The notes below the pieces were generated by a model, which made no database searches, had not been told where the DNA came from, and was given only the letters and a program-made list of their open reading frames with translations. A DNA stretch of 63,266 bases, filler included, from Collodictyon triciliatum (lineage: Eukaryota), in the NCBI GenBank assembly GCA_043381765.1. It is 21 parts of 21 records of this genome, joined end to end, with 100 filler letters (N's around TTAATTAATTAA, not from the genome) between each part and the next. Parts side by side here need not be neighbours in the genome. Positions count along the whole stretch, not along the records: positions 12,179 to 15,112 come from JBHJMP010008044.1; positions 15,213 to 19,652 come from JBHJMP010008045.1; positions 19,753 to 22,691 come from JBHJMP010008046.1; positions 22,792 to 25,728 come from JBHJMP010008047.1; positions 25,829 to 28,764 come from JBHJMP010008048.1; 16 more parts are not named here. One strand, given 5' to 3'. Both the position numbers and the translations under genes were made by a program. The first letter of the stretch is position 1; every line of letters starts with the position of its first letter. Below, piece by piece: positions 12,079 through 25,894 of the stretch.

Positions 12079-14484
12079 NNNNNNNNNNNNNNNNNNNNNN
12101 NNNNNNNNNNNNNNNNNNNNNNTTAATTAATTAANNNNNNNNNNNNNNNNNNNNNNNNNNNNNNNNNNNNNNNNNNNNAGTCAGCTAAAGCTTCGATAAA
12201 AAAATAAAAAAAGAATCTAAGGTATTTCATATAGTGTGAATGCGTGGCCAACAATGTTTTGCAACAGAAAGGCTCGGAAATCTGGAAGATGCCAGTTCTC
12301 CTTGGCTTGCGAATTGTCGTAATGATAAGGGCCCTAAAACCTTTGCAGGAAGGAGGAATAGTTGAATTTATTGTTATTTGGGTATGTAAATATGTTTTCA
12401 TGTGTTTTGAGTTTTGAGTTTTGGTCGGTTCGTGTGCAACATAACCCAGGGATTATGCAGCGCAAGACTAGAGCCAATCACATAAAGTTTTGCTGAAGGG
12501 ACTCATCTTTGGCCCGTTCTTGTTTCTTTCATTTTATTTTTGCCAGCTTTTGATAGACTACCTCATTCTCGATCAAGTCTTCTGACTTTCTGACATAGGT
12601 AAAAGACTTGCTTAGGTGTAAACCTCCGCTTTTTGTAAAAAAAAGAAAATAAAGCTATGTTTTCATGTTATATTATTCAGTTTGCTTGGTCTTATGTTGA
12701 TCGGTGGCTTTTTTTTGCGTTTTGTTAAAAATAATGAGTGTCCAAGCAAAAGGGATTCAATAGATCAGTTGTGTTGTGCTGGTCTTTGGCTTTTGTTCTT
12801 GACTGATTATGCGATGGAGTCGATGGAGTCGTGCTGGTGGTAAGGGTGATGGTGTCTTTAATGTGTGCTTATGATTCGAGTCTGAAATTGCTCCAGCCGA
12901 TTTGAAAGAGTTGTTCGGAGGTTGAGGTACAAGGACATAGACAAATTTAGTTTTCTTATTACAAACTCTAGTCGCGCAGAAAAATCCAAAGCAAAAATCG
13001 TAGGAAAAATGCTGGACAGAGCAAATGTGGAAAAAATGGGGCTAGTGTTTTGGTTAACTGAATAAGCGGTTTAGTGACTATCTCCAAAGTGAATAGCTAG
13101 GAATATGAAAATGATTGCACATATTGCAAACCAATTCCATCTCTTCCATCACATTATCAACTCTTCATCGATTATTTTATTTTTTGTAACGGCCTTTGAA
13201 CAGAGGGAGATATTGCAACTGCAAATGATAAAATGTGTCTATGGAAGGTATATCAACATTATCATTAACTTTCACATTCATATATCAAAACACAAAAACA
13301 CCAGAACATCGCATTGTATTAGTTGAAGAGAAAAGCACATTTTGCGCAACGAATGGCCCACATATCGACCTTATCCAATCAGATATCTGATGGAAAGGAT
13401 GCAGTCCGTGACCTAAAAAAACCAGTAAATCAAAGCACTTTGATACATTTCACTGCTGATTGTTGCTCTTGAAAGCACTGCAGGCGCATATCGCTATTGG
13501 AATCCAAAGTCTAGTTTGCTAGCTTGTTAACTTCTTTTCCTTCTTTTTTTCATTAGTTTATTGATCAAACACATCGCCAAAGATGAATACCGTTTCTTTT
13601 TAATCCATGTTTTTTTTTGAAAAAGCTGATATTTGATGCGGGGTTAATTGACGCGGGCCTTTCGAGTATCTTTACTTATTATAGTGGCTTACAAAACCCA
13701 GCACAAAGAAAAGTTTTATGCTATAATATTCCATTTTTTTACTTTTCAAAAGGTATATGTGATATTGTTGGACATTCTGAAAAAATAATAACTTATTAGA
13801 TCACTGCTAAAAATCTTTTTTTTTTTGTAAGTTACTGATCTCACACTGTCGCTAAGGTCAATGTGGCGCATTGATTTTTTCCTTTTATATTTTGATAAAA
13901 GAAAGGGTTTTATTATGATTTTACAGCCCGCCCTAGTTGTTGCGCCTTGGTTGAAAGCACGAACGCGTTTTGGATTCACATGCAGGTCGGTGTAGTATAG
14001 AAACAAAATTCATGACTCATCTAAATATATCTATTGTGGGTCGAGCTTCATACAATCCTTAAAAGCTGTAACTACCAAAGGCCCTGACTTGGATTCAATC
14101 CGAGGCCTAGCTTCCGGCAAAGTCCAAATGACGCAGCTGATTCAAATCAGACAATGAATGCGTAACTTGTAGACGCAACATGTGAAAGTCGCTAATTTTA
14201 TTTAAAAAAAAGAACTTTCCATTCGGATATAATGCTGTATTTGGTTTTTTTTTCTATTGTTTGATTGAATGCCTTTTGCCCGTGATAAATATATGTATAT
14301 GAACTATGCTGACGCACTACAACTCATTTCCTGAGTAAACTCATTCCACCATTTGATGCAATGCTCTGTTTAAGTGCATCGTTCAAAGAATCCATCGCGT
14401 TCGTATATTTATTTGATCCACGAAGTTGAAGTCAAAGCCAATTTACTTTGCTTCTAAACCCATCTTACTGGGCCATTCTTTGCT

Positions 14485-15112
14485 ATTTTTATTTTGTTTA
14501 TTTTTCTTTGCGTGTGAGATGAAGTTCCTATCTCCAAGGTGCCAGCCTTCTTTTGCACTATCGCTACCTGGTGGCTGGGTGGCGGAGAAATAGTCGGTAA
14601 TCAGGAATTGCATCCTGCGGTTTGGCCTGTGTTCTGGGTCTTGTGCTTGCATGAGAGATACAAGGCGAGATTGAGTCTCTTTCTCAGCCTCTTTCCACAT
14701 GTCTCTTCTCGCAGGGTCTGAGTAGTAGAGAACGTGCAGGTGGCGAAGAAAGTTGTTGAGGAAAGAGATTTGTATGCTGTCATTCAGCCTGCTATCAGGA
14801 ATGGGTGGCTGGCTATCGAGTCTTGCCTTACGTGACTATGTGCGTGCTATCTACATAGTCCATAGCTAACGGCCTCGCGTCACTGTCCATAGTGTTTTTG
14901 CCTCTGGACGCAGCTGTTGCAGAGGTCCAAATATCGCCTGGATTGGGCCAACAGCCGCAGCCGTCTTGAGTGTCATTCGAAGAATCTCACCGGCTGTTTC
15001 GCGCAGGTTTTGGGCGAAGGGACATTGCACAAATGTGTGCTCGATGGATTCATCACCGTTGCTGCAAAGTGTGCATTGTTGGGAGACTTTGCCAGCTTTT
15101 GCCGCGCGTGTG
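14485..15112 (-). mobile_element. Degenerate 3' part of an L1/Tx1-type non-LTR retrotransposon ORF2
   Basis: Minus frame CTLCSNGDESIEHTFVQCPFA (CCHC zinc knuckle, ~15022-15075), then LWTM*IART resembling the W-x-I-W-x-x-R-N motif. In-frame TAGs at 14866, 14851 and 14836. A-rich tail around 14485-14510. Confidence 0.8.
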
Positions 15113-15402
15113 NNNNNNNNNNNNNNNNNNNNNNNNNNNNNNNNNNNNNNNNNNNNTTAATTAATTAANNNNNNNNNNNNNNNNNNNNNNNNNNNNNNNN
15201 NNNNNNNNNNNNTCTTTCTTCTTTCTTCTTTCTTCTTTCTTCTTTCTTCTTTCTTCTTTCTTCTTTCTTCTTTCTTCTTTCTTCTTTCTATGCCCTCTTA
15301 ATCCTAATCTAACACTTTTCCTGCTTTCAGTATTACAACCTTTTATTTGTATCAAGTATAAATCCACCAGCGCTTATAAATGATCGAACATTGGTTTGAT
15401 AG

Positions 15403-16337
15403 ACATAACCTCAGTCGGATATACTTTGGCGGTTACTTCATTCGTAATCATAATTTCACTATGGAGAAAATCACGAATGCAGTGAACTACTTTTCAAGAG
15501 GCACCACAAAGGTTTGATATAGAAACCATTTTCAAGTCATCAACATACATCCATGTCAATGGAACCTTTACCCCTCGAAATATAATTTACTCGTGACAAT
15601 AAATATGAACACACTTAAGGCTTTATTCCTGAGACACGAAGGCTACTTGGGCGCACTTGGAGCTTTTGTTAATAGCGAGCGCATAGAAAATGGAGTGAGC
15701 CCATGGTGGTCGTGGATGTCACGACGAAAGGTTAGTTAGCTAAAAGATATTATTTTCTCTATTTATGTAAAAGGATGAGAGGAAGTTGAAAAGATTGGAA
15801 GAAGGATTGTATGGCGTGTGTTTAATGTTGGGATTAAAGGAGCCATAAAATATAGAAAGAAAAAAGAAGCAATTTTGCTACCTATAAGAGAAGATAAGTA
15901 TATTGCATTCATACACTGTTCTGAACTACGAAATGAAGAGTGTGATAAATAAATACTATAGCATATACGCGATTAAATTATTTTTATTATTATTAATAAT
16001 AATACAGAGCGATTTGAAGAGCTTGATATCGCCTGTTAAGTCTCTAGTTCAATCCATCTTCCCTCCGTTGTCAGACGAGCCCAGCAGAATCAGCGACGCC
16101 CTCAACTCGCACTCGAATCAGACCAAATCTCCTGTCAATCCCCGACTAACTCAGATTGCCTCCTCGCACTTGAGTCCTTACTTTGAACGGCATCGTGGTT
16201 CGACAGAAGGTTATAATCCAGCGTCACCCTTTGGTTTCACCCCGGTTGACATGAGCCTTGGCCAGCTCAACTGTGCATGCGGGAAGGAATTCTGCGAGGG
16301 GATGGTGTGTCGCAATCGTGCTGATTCGAATGCTTGA
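15403..16337 (+). CDS. PANK: Type II pantothenate kinase, 3' exons
   Basis: Exon 15403-15511 (RIYFGGYFIRNHNFTMEKITNAVNYFSRG), exon 15620-15730 (ALFLRHEGYLGALGAF), probable last exon 16008-16337 in frame through a phase-0 GT-AG intron. Confidence 0.9.
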
Positions 16338-16873
16338 TTATTCAGTCGTTGCTTGTTTTTCTTTCTCTTTTTTCTCTTTTTCTCTTTTTTCTCTTTTTTC
16401 TCTTTTTTCTCTTTTTTTCTCTTTTTTTCTCTTTTTTTCTCTTTTTTCTCTTTTTTCTCTTTTTTCTCTTTTTTCTCTTTTTTCTCTNNNNNNNNNNNNN
16501 NNNNNNNNNNNNNNNNNNNNNNNNNNNNNNNNNNNNNNNNNNNNNNNNNNNNNNNNNNNNNNNNNNNNNNNNNNNNNNNNNNNNNNNNNNNNNNNNNNNN
16601 NNNNNNNNNNNNNNNNNNNNNNNNNNNNNNNNNNNNNNNNNNNNNNNNNNNNNNNNNNNNNNNNNNNNNNNNNNNNNNNNNNNNNNNNNNNNNNNNNNNN
16701 NNNNNNNNNNNNNNNNNNNNNNNNNNNNNNNNNNNNNNNNNNNNNNNNNNNNNNNNNNNNNNNNNNNNNNNNNNNNNNNNNNNNNNNNNNNNNNNNNNNN
16801 NNNNNNNNNNNNNNNNNNNNNNNNNNNNNNNNNNNNNNNNNNNNNNNNNNNNNNNNNNNNNNNNNNNNNNNNN

Positions 16874-18085
16874 TTCCAGCAAAATCTTCTGGCTTCAGGC
16901 GCCAGCGACTCGGAGGTCTCACGATACACATTGTGTCTGAAATCGCCATTCTTGTTCTTTTTCTTTTTCTTTTTCTTTTTCTTTTTCTTTTTCTTTTTCT
17001 TTTTCTCTTTCCTTATTTCTTTATTTCTTATAATTCTTCCTTCAGTATGTTTCTTGCTGTGTTCAAATGATGAATTTAATATCATAGAATAGTAAATCTC
17101 ATTTCCTTTTTCCATTTTCCCGATTACTCGTGTGGCCTCATCATTCACCGGATCTTGCTGGAAACCATATTCATTTGCTGTTTGTAATTTGTTAGATATT
17201 TGTCTGGGATATTTCAAACATAAACACCCCCTCCGTGTATTCACCGGGTGCAAAAAGCGGGCAATCGGTTGAAATTACCTCAGTGGCATGGAACAAGAAA
17301 GTGGCACATATATCCTTCTTTTCTCCCCTTCTTTTTCTTTCTTTATAATAATAGAATTGCCGATCTCTCTCCCATATTTCTTCTCGAAAAAAAAAAGGAA
17401 AATCAATATCTGTTGAAATTTTTATCGATTTGATTGAACCGTCATGAGGTTTTATTCGTGGTTCATTCTTTACTTGCACACAAGCAACTGCACATGTCTC
17501 TATGAGAAAGACCTGTTATTTCTTTGACAAACGTTCACATTCTCGGGTCGGCAACACAGTCCGGCAGTTGTGTGATTTGGGACATGAAAGCACGTCGCCC
17601 TGTCATCAACTTTAGTGACTCATCGAAAATGAAGAGTTGCCGAGCAATCGCCTGGAATCCTGATGTGGTGAGTTGCAGTGTCTTCGTGCTGAATAAATAT
17701 TCGTCTTTATATATAATCGTCTCCTGTTCGTGTGCATCTTCGCGTGAATGGATTTTTGTTTTATAATAACCTAATCATGATGGAAATCCTAATCGAAAAC
17801 TAATATAATTACAGGCCACTCAAATTGCCACATCATCGGATGACGAGCGCAGCCCTGTGATTCAGCTATGGGACTTGAGGAACGCATATTCACCTATAAA
17901 GGTATATTTTATTCTAAAATATAAAAGCAAAGTTGTTTATCATCCTGGAGAGAAGTTGTTAGCTCTCCCAGAAAGTGGTGGAAAGCAATCGCTTTCTCTA
18001 TGGGACTTGAGTCGAAAATTATCTTGTTTTATGTGGGTATGCATTCATATCGACGCCGCATTTCTCTCTAATTTTTTCTTCTTCC

Positions 18086-18152
<67 letters not shown>

Positions 18153-19484
18153 NTTTTTTTTTTTTTTTTTTTTTTTTTTTAATGATGTAGGAGTTCATGG
18201 GCCACCACAGAGGCGTACTTTCCCTCAGCTGGAACGCTTATGACTCACAGTTGCTGGTTAGCTCGGGTAAAGACCAGAGAACGCTTTGCTGGAATTCGGA
18301 GTCCGGTGAACTCATCTGCGAAGTAAGTTTTGTTTGAATTCCAATATTTTGCAGGGTAGTTTATCTGAAAAAGCGAAATCCTAACAAAACCACATTAGAT
18401 TCCCCAAGGAAACCATTGGAACTTTGACGTGCGCTGGTCACCCCGTGTTCCCTCTTTGCTAAGCTCTTCGTCCTTTGGACGCAAAGTGTGTTGGAAACCA
18501 ACTGAACGCACATCTTGTTGTTATTTATTGGCGAATACGTCATTATATTTTCTGTTAGACTCATCCCGAAAACATGACAGATTTCAGTCTTTTCCCTCCA
18601 AGACCTACACCCACACACCGATCAACAATTTGATATCCAATCAAGCCAGGAGAAAACCAAAGTTCACGTCCCAAAGTGGCTCTATGTAAGCAATTCTATT
18701 CCGACGGGCTTGTTTTGTTAGGCTTTGTTTTCCTTTTGTTTGTATTGTGAGAAAAAAATTGGACTTCAGGTTTTTTTTTAATTTAGAAACCCGCCGGTGC
18801 ATCTTTTGGATTCGGAGGAAAACTGCTGACATTTGGTAAGCAGAAGAGACCCACGGGAACAGAGCCTTTCCTTGCTACCGTGAGTTAATCCATACTTATG
18901 TATCCTAGAACGCCGAAGCTTGCATTTTTAGTTGATGAGTGAATTTGTTCGTTTAATTGAGTGGCCTAAAAAAAGTGACTTTCATATCTTTCTCACACTT
19001 GTCATTTTTATGCCAGATCCACCAAATCCACACCGACCAGACCATCTCCAACAAGATTGACCATCTCGAAAAAACCATCGATGGTCGCTCGTTCACTCAA
19101 TTCTGTAGCGATAAGGTAGTTTCATGACAGACGCACAACATCGCTGTTATAATAGCCTCAACGCAAACGATCATATATTACTTACCATGTTCCGTCTTTA
19201 CCAGGCCCAATCTACAGAAAATCAGGAGCAAGAGTTCTGGAATATCCTGGAAATTCTATTTGTCGATGTAATTAAAAATAACACCTCAAAAAAGAAGCAA
19301 CGAAAACGTCAATCGTGTAGATTGGATTGTAAAAATGAATTTTACTCTGCTACATGTCACAAAAAATTGTGCTTTATTAGAAAAAGAAAAGGCTAACTGG
19401 AAAATAAATAATCAGGAACCTCGTAAAGAGCTTATCAAAAAGTCAGGGTTTGATGCCAAGACAATAACTGATGCGGTGGACGAA
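16874..19484 (+). CDS. SEC31: COPII outer coat protein Sec31, partial multi-exon
   Basis: Spliced peptide NLLASGASDSE|IFVWDI...VAWNKKVAH|ILGSATQSGSCVIWDMK...AIAWNPDV|ATQIATSSDDERSPVIQLWDLRNAYSPIK|EFMGHHRGVLSLSW...WNFDVRWSPRVPSLLSSSSF...PKWL..PAGASFGFGGKL. Confidence 0.95.
17310..17538 (+). other. U12-type (minor spliceosome) AT-AC intron in Sec31
   Basis: 5' end ATATCCTT at 17310; branch-like TTCTTTGAC at ~17520-17528; ends ...CAC at 17538. Removal joins VAH to ILGSATQSG in frame; no AG lies just upstream of this exon start. Confidence 0.85.
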
Positions 19485-19554
19485 GTAAGTTCGTCCCTCA
19501 AACATCAATGATGACCACCCCAAGAAAACAAGAATCACACCGCTATCATATTTC

Positions 19555-19752
19555 TTTGTTTTTGTTTTTGTTTTTGTTTTTGTTTTTGTTTTTGTTTTTG
19601 TTTTTGTTTTTGTTTTTGTTTTTGTTTTTGTTTTTGTTTTTGTTTTTGTTTTNNNNNNNNNNNNNNNNNNNNNNNNNNNNNNNNNNNNNNNNNNNNTTAA
19701 TTAATTAANNNNNNNNNNNNNNNNNNNNNNNNNNNNNNNNNNNNNNNNNNNN

Positions 19753-19847
<95 letters not shown>
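19555..19847. repeat. (TTTTTG)n and (AAT)n microsatellites on either side of a spacer
   Basis: Direct reading. Confidence 0.95.
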
Positions 19848-19854
19848 GGCTCAC

Positions 19855-22510
19855 TCTGAGTTATGGCAGCAGCCATGGATATTCCAACAAATTTATACAT
19901 GTTGAGGTGATTCAGTGAGGCAGATGCTGGATTAATAATTGGATTGTGGCCAAGAACGTCGGTTGCTGGATTTTCTGGCGTCTCATTTGGACTATCCATG
20001 AGCAATGGAACAGCCAAACGAGTGATTTCGTCCCATACAAAACTGAGTGACTCCCTAAAAGGTCCTCCTGCGTTTAGAAAGACGTGATTATTAGGCAAAG
20101 GGCAAAACTTTATTAATAAATAAAGTAATAGAAATAAAAATAATAACGAGACAGGAAAAATATTAAGAAAACTTAGCAAGGACACTCTGCAGTTAGATTT
20201 TGATGAAAAATAAAAATATGATTAATAAATGGCCTCACCTGCGTCATATGCGTCTTCTCCCACAAATTGTACTGTCCATGGAGTTTTGGGGTTTCTTAAC
20301 CTCTCTGGAACAATACTAAGCACCTGAGGGGTGAGTTGTGATATCACCAAATTCGAAACATCTAACATTCCAAAAAAGTCTATCAGTATGAAATTTTGAT
20401 AAAAAATGAATAAAAAGGAATATTACGCAAGTTAGTGTGAATATTGATTTAAATTGAGAATTGTGTCGAGAACCTCCCGTCATCGTACTGTGCCGATTGA
20501 TAGTAACCTTTGGAAATTGAGTGTTGTCACCAGGCTGGTATCTGGCTCTCATATCATTTACCATCTGCTCGCGAATTCGATATGGTAAGAATATTATATT
20601 TTTCTGGATTAAACTCAATGCACTCCAGCCGACCTGTGTGCAAGTAAAAATTTCCTTTAGAAATTTACTTGTTATACAAAACGTACATTATGATAAATAT
20701 GCGAGAAAAATTCAAAAGGGGTTTTTATACTATTATCAAGAGTCTAATCTTCCCGAAAATAAAGTTAGAAATATTCAATTATAGTAAAGTACCTCTGATG
20801 TAAGACCCCAAATAGGAACCGTTTCTAATGTGGCCCTGCACTTAAAAGAGAATTTAACCAGCATCGATAGATGCAAAGCTGCTATCCCATTGCATTTGTG
20901 TTCTTCACTTTGGACTATTTGCTCCAATTCTGAGACTGTTATTGCACGGTGAAAGCTGCGCATACACGACTCCAAATCGAGCATAAAACCGGATTTTATA
21001 TTTTGGTCAGACAGCTTTTTATCTAACAGATTGATGACAAGCTTGTTCAAGTGCGGAGAAGCACCAGATCGAAAATAGATATCCCAAAATTCAGTACCTT
21101 TTTCGCACTTTTCAAGAAACTCGATATCTTTAAGATCGTATTTGAATGAGATATATTTACCGTTCTGAGTTCTGAATAGCTCGTTTGATGTTTCTTTCAG
21201 CTCGAAAAGCCACGCATATCCAGTCTTTACAAAATGTGGGACTTCAAAATCTTGGTGCTGAAATTCTTCAGACTCTATGTTTGTTGCTTGTAACAGACAC
21301 CAGGTAGCATTGGGCTCTGTGTTGGTTTCAAATTTAAGTTCATCAAACTTGCGAGTGGTAGTTGTCTCTTTTTGCTTCGAATCGGTAACTACAAAGTCTC
21401 CATTGATGGTAACATTGAAAATGAATTCTGTAGAGATTGAGCCTAGCTTCCCATATAGATATGGCCTTTCTTGGAATATAGGACTAAGATGAGAGAATAG
21501 GTCTGTAAGCTTGATTTCAGATATTTGAGATACAACCACATGAAGATTCATTTTTAAGTCTTCTTGGGGGAACGATATCGTCAGCTCCACCTTAAGTTTG
21601 CGCCCCATACTATAAGGCTTCTGGTATTCAGGATTTTCCATTAGGAAGTGTATAAATTTGTAGAGAAGGTGATTATCAAAATGAGGTAAAAGCTTTTTCA
21701 AGTCAGCCCAGTAATTCGATTTCTTTTCAATCGGGGTTTGCTTGATAAGCAAGGCAACACCGCGGAGATAACTTAAGGCACCAGCCAATCTAGGGAAACT
21801 AACGTTCAAAGAAGCGCAATTGTCGAAGACAGGGTGGTTTACATCCACGACACACCTAGAGTCACAACATATGTTGATGATTCTTTCAATAAACGCGCAA
21901 ATAAGATCTCTTTTTGAGGTGAAGTGTCGCACTTGGTCCACCAACGTGGATATGAGCTGAATTATTACAGAACCACGTTCATGTAAAGATGCATCTTCGA
22001 TAGGTTGAATAATAAATTGATACACGTTTTCGACCTGAGGATGATAATCTCGATTGAACTGTGTGCTTATGTATGATCCAGTAACAGTATCTGGCAACAG
22101 CTCGATGATGGTGTGAATCAACTCAAGCGGGTTTGCTGCATTGAACCCTACCCATTTTCCAAGCGGAACAAGTTCCAAGTACATATGTTTCCAACCAAGC
22201 TTGTTTGTGATATCTACAATTTCTCTCACTGTAATAGTATAAATAATAGGAACAAAAGTCAGTAAGTAATAATGCAGCACATAAAATTCGATTTTGTCTG
22301 AAATAAAAAGACAAAAGTTGATTCAGAAACTCACATTTTCGTATAGACATGGCCAAACCAGAATAAGCTATACTAGGGAAGAGATTTGACGCTGAAAGCG
22401 GAATAGTTTCAGTTATTGTTTTGTCAAGTTTGACCAGTTTTGATTCTCTGTGGTCCCAGAAGGTAAGTGTTGGGGATTCTCCCGGGATTGACAAATCCAA
22501 GGAAACCTGA
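19855..22510 (-). CDS. HECT-domain E3 ubiquitin ligase (HERC/HECTD3-like), partial; possible SPRY domain end upstream
   Basis: Long exon in ORF 20775-22280; downstream exons give PWTVQFVGEDAYDA|GGPFRESLSFVWDEI..VPLLMDSPN...INP...MYKFVGISMAAAI, the HECT N-lobe signature; upstream LFPSIAY resembles a SPRY C-terminus. Confidence 0.85.
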
Positions 22511-22599
22511 ATATTCAATTTTTTTTTTTGTTAATTTATAAAGTTGAATACAATTGCATAATTTCAACAATTGGTACCTTCAGAGACAAGCGCTCAAAA

Positions 22600-22675
<76 letters not shown>

Positions 22676-22920
22676 AATATTTTTTTAAAAANNNNNNNNN
22701 NNNNNNNNNNNNNNNNNNNNNNNNNNNNNNNNNNNTTAATTAATTAANNNNNNNNNNNNNNNNNNNNNNNNNNNNNNNNNNNNNNNNNNNNTTTCTCTTT
22801 TCTCTTTTCTTCTCTTCTCTTTTCTCTTCTCTTCTCTTCTCTTCTCTTCTCTTCTCTTCTCTTCTCTTCTCTTCTCTTCTCTTCTCTTCTCTTCTCCTGA
22901 GCTACATCTTGTCGTATAGA

Positions 22921-23689
22921 ATGAGCGATCACGATATAGCAGGTATGGCTACTTTGTCCACAGAAGGAGTGAACACAACTGAAAGCCGGCAGATCTTGTC
23001 CTTATTTGCTTCATGCCTACATAAAGTTGCCAACATGGTTCTCAATTCGCGCCAAACACTTGTTCCCTTGGAGAAAGTAATGCTCAACAGAGCGGTATGA
23101 TTTGATTATATTTACCGTTATGCAGACCTGCATATTGAAAGACTATTATAATATAGAATCTAGAGTAAAAATGGATCATCTACGGGTGCATTAAAAAAAT
23201 CATAATATTATTTTTAAAATATTGAAGATGAGAATAAATAAATTCAAGGCATTTACCAGAAATTAATTATTAGTGTAATATGATTACGGAAGAATATGAT
23301 AATATCAGAAAGAATCTTCAAAGCTGGAGCGATGTTTCGGTCCCAATCTGCATAACTGTCTCGTTAATAAATCCGCAATTATGCCCGTATATAACTGTAT
23401 TTGGTCCAAATACTCCTTATTCATCAGAAATTGTACTGGAGAAGTGGTACCTTTCGTGCCTTACTTCCAAGTAAGCATGTGCTCATCCATATATAATTGA
23501 GCATCTACATTTCTCTGTGTTGATGTATTCAGTACTCGATATTATGTGATTGCCCGAAATACACCATTCATATTTTCTATGTGAGTATAACGTGCCTTCG
23601 TTAGGGAACAAAAGCACCATAGGCGAGATGACCAGCACTCCCGAAACAAAAAACTGATACTCTTTGTCCGGACATTCGTTAACCTGGTA

Positions 23690-23761
<72 letters not shown>

Positions 23762-25475
23762 CATATTACAATTTAATGAATTTTAAGACTACGCATCCAA
23801 TTTATAAAAAGATGCTATATTTTAGAATTTATGCGAATTTTTTTATGAGCCTTGTGTTGTTCCTTCGTAGATACGTCTTTTACCAGCTCACAAGGTTTTC
23901 AAGTTTTTATTACGAGACGAAAGGAAGTTGAGTCAATTGAGATTTAATATAGAAAAGATAGCGCGGATACCAAAGAGCTTTCAAGAATCTGGAATGAATA
24001 TAGGCATGGAAAATACGAATTTATTGATCTGGAGCTTTGTTTAACTATTATTCCAATGAACAAAAACCAAATCAACGCTCATGTTAAAGATTCAATCAAA
24101 ATAATTTTCTTCTGCTTGTTCAATATTTAAGAGCTGAATGAAACCCAATATTAAATTATCATTGATCTTTTAATCATGAAGGCACTGTGGAAGCTTTTCC
24201 TGTCGCCTCCGTAGATTCGCCATATGGTATTATGAATGCAATTGTATTTTATCGGACAGATTGCTTTAAAAAGGTTTTTTGCTCATTCCCGAAATACAGA
24301 CAATTTCGTACAATCAAGCAATTTTAATATTCATATATATCTCCACCAGGATATTGAACGAAAAGAGAAGGAAAGACAACCATGAACTCACAATAAAAAA
24401 AAAAGAAAAGAAAAGAAAACAAATAGACATTTTGATTTTGATTTTGATTTTGATTTTCGGCTCCTTTTCAGATTGATTTATACAGTCACTTTTCCTGACA
24501 GTGATATTTACACAGAGTTCGAACAGGAAGAGCACATCTTCATCCCCTATGAACATCATCAATGATTATAATCCAGACGATTCTCAAACTGGTTCTAGTA
24601 AGGCGGTGTCTAAACCAAGATCGATAACTAATCATAAACCTTCTAGTGGACAGCAGCGTCAGAACACACAAAGAACGAGTATTATTGGTAGTCATGATTC
24701 TGATACGTTGCTTCCTGTGAGTCAACATTTGTATATATTTGTAAAATCCATACCACTTTAGTATTAGAACGCTTTTCTTGAATCTTTCAAGTATATCATC
24801 TGCATATATATTCGTAAAGATCATTAAAAGATGGACTTAATGAATATTAACAAACCGTAGGCCAGAGACCGTTCCCATAGTTTGCCATCAGCCGGACTCA
24901 GCAGGGTATTAGATTTATTCATCTTTACTTCTTTGAAGAGCAATTTCAGCGCAGACTACTTATCTATTCCTCTTTCTTTTTCTTTTTTTTTTTTCATATA
25001 AATTAACCACCAGCAATCAGCTGTGGGGATAACCACCAGCTTCCGAAATACGCCACCTTCAGGCTCTTCCCCTTTTGTATATAGGTTCACTACTTTGATA
25101 TTCTTTGATTTTCATGAGATGCTTTCTTTTCGAGATGTCGCCGATATTATTCTCAAGCATATGAATTCCCGAAAAAAAAAAGAATTACAAGGAGGTGATT
25201 CCTATTAATACGTCTACATAATATTGCTATATTTAGTGATGTCCAACCAGTTCCCGTTCCATATGCCAGCTCACCTTTCGGGTAGACTTTACTTTTTTGA
25301 TTGGCAGATTTTCTATGATTATATTGGTTTATTTTAATTACATTTTTGACACACATTTTAACTACATTATGGGCACATGTGGCTCAGGTCAATATCTGTC
25401 ACTGCCCAGCCTATGATAGAGGAAGCCTCCTCTCCTCCATTCGTATCATCCGTCCCCCAATCCGCAGCAAGGCAT
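22921..25475 (+). CDS. ATG13: Autophagy protein Atg13 (HORMA domain plus Ser-rich region), partial
   Basis: Spliced peptide HKVANMVLNSR...EIVLEKWYL...NKKLILFVRTFVNL|IRLLPAHKVF...VDSPYGIMNAIVFYRTDC...IINDY, matching Atg13 HORMA motifs. Confidence 0.85.
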
Positions 25476-25648
25476 ATGATAGAACCGGTATCATCAGATA
25501 TACTTGGTCTCCTTGGACAAACGCCTCCCTTTTCATACAACATGTAATTACACTGAATTCAGATTTCTATTTTTGACCAAGGATTCTCACAACATCGCGT
25601 TTTTTTTCGTTTTTTGTTTTGTTATTTGCTTTTTTTTTGTTTTTTTTT

Positions 25649-25728
<80 letters not shown>

Positions 25729-25894
25729 NNNNNNNNNNNNNNNNNNNNNNNNNNNNNNNNNNNNNNNNNNNNTTAATTAATTAANNNNNNNNNNNNNNNN
25801 NNNNNNNNNNNNNNNNNNNNNNNNNNNNCAAGTACAGGGAATAATAAATAAGTTCTTTTTTTCAGCGAAAGTGACCTAAATGGAAATTTCCTTA

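Noticed and set aside
9139-14400. Gene calls in these two AT-rich contigs
   Set aside because: Exon-like patches exist, but I could not assemble a consistent spliced frame or recognise a family.
16211-17253. Long ORFs spanning N runs and microsatellites (also 7082-8427, 39497-40102, 49268-50056, 35507-35814)
   Set aside because: They are open only because Ns and simple repeats lack stops; the low-complexity translations are artefacts.
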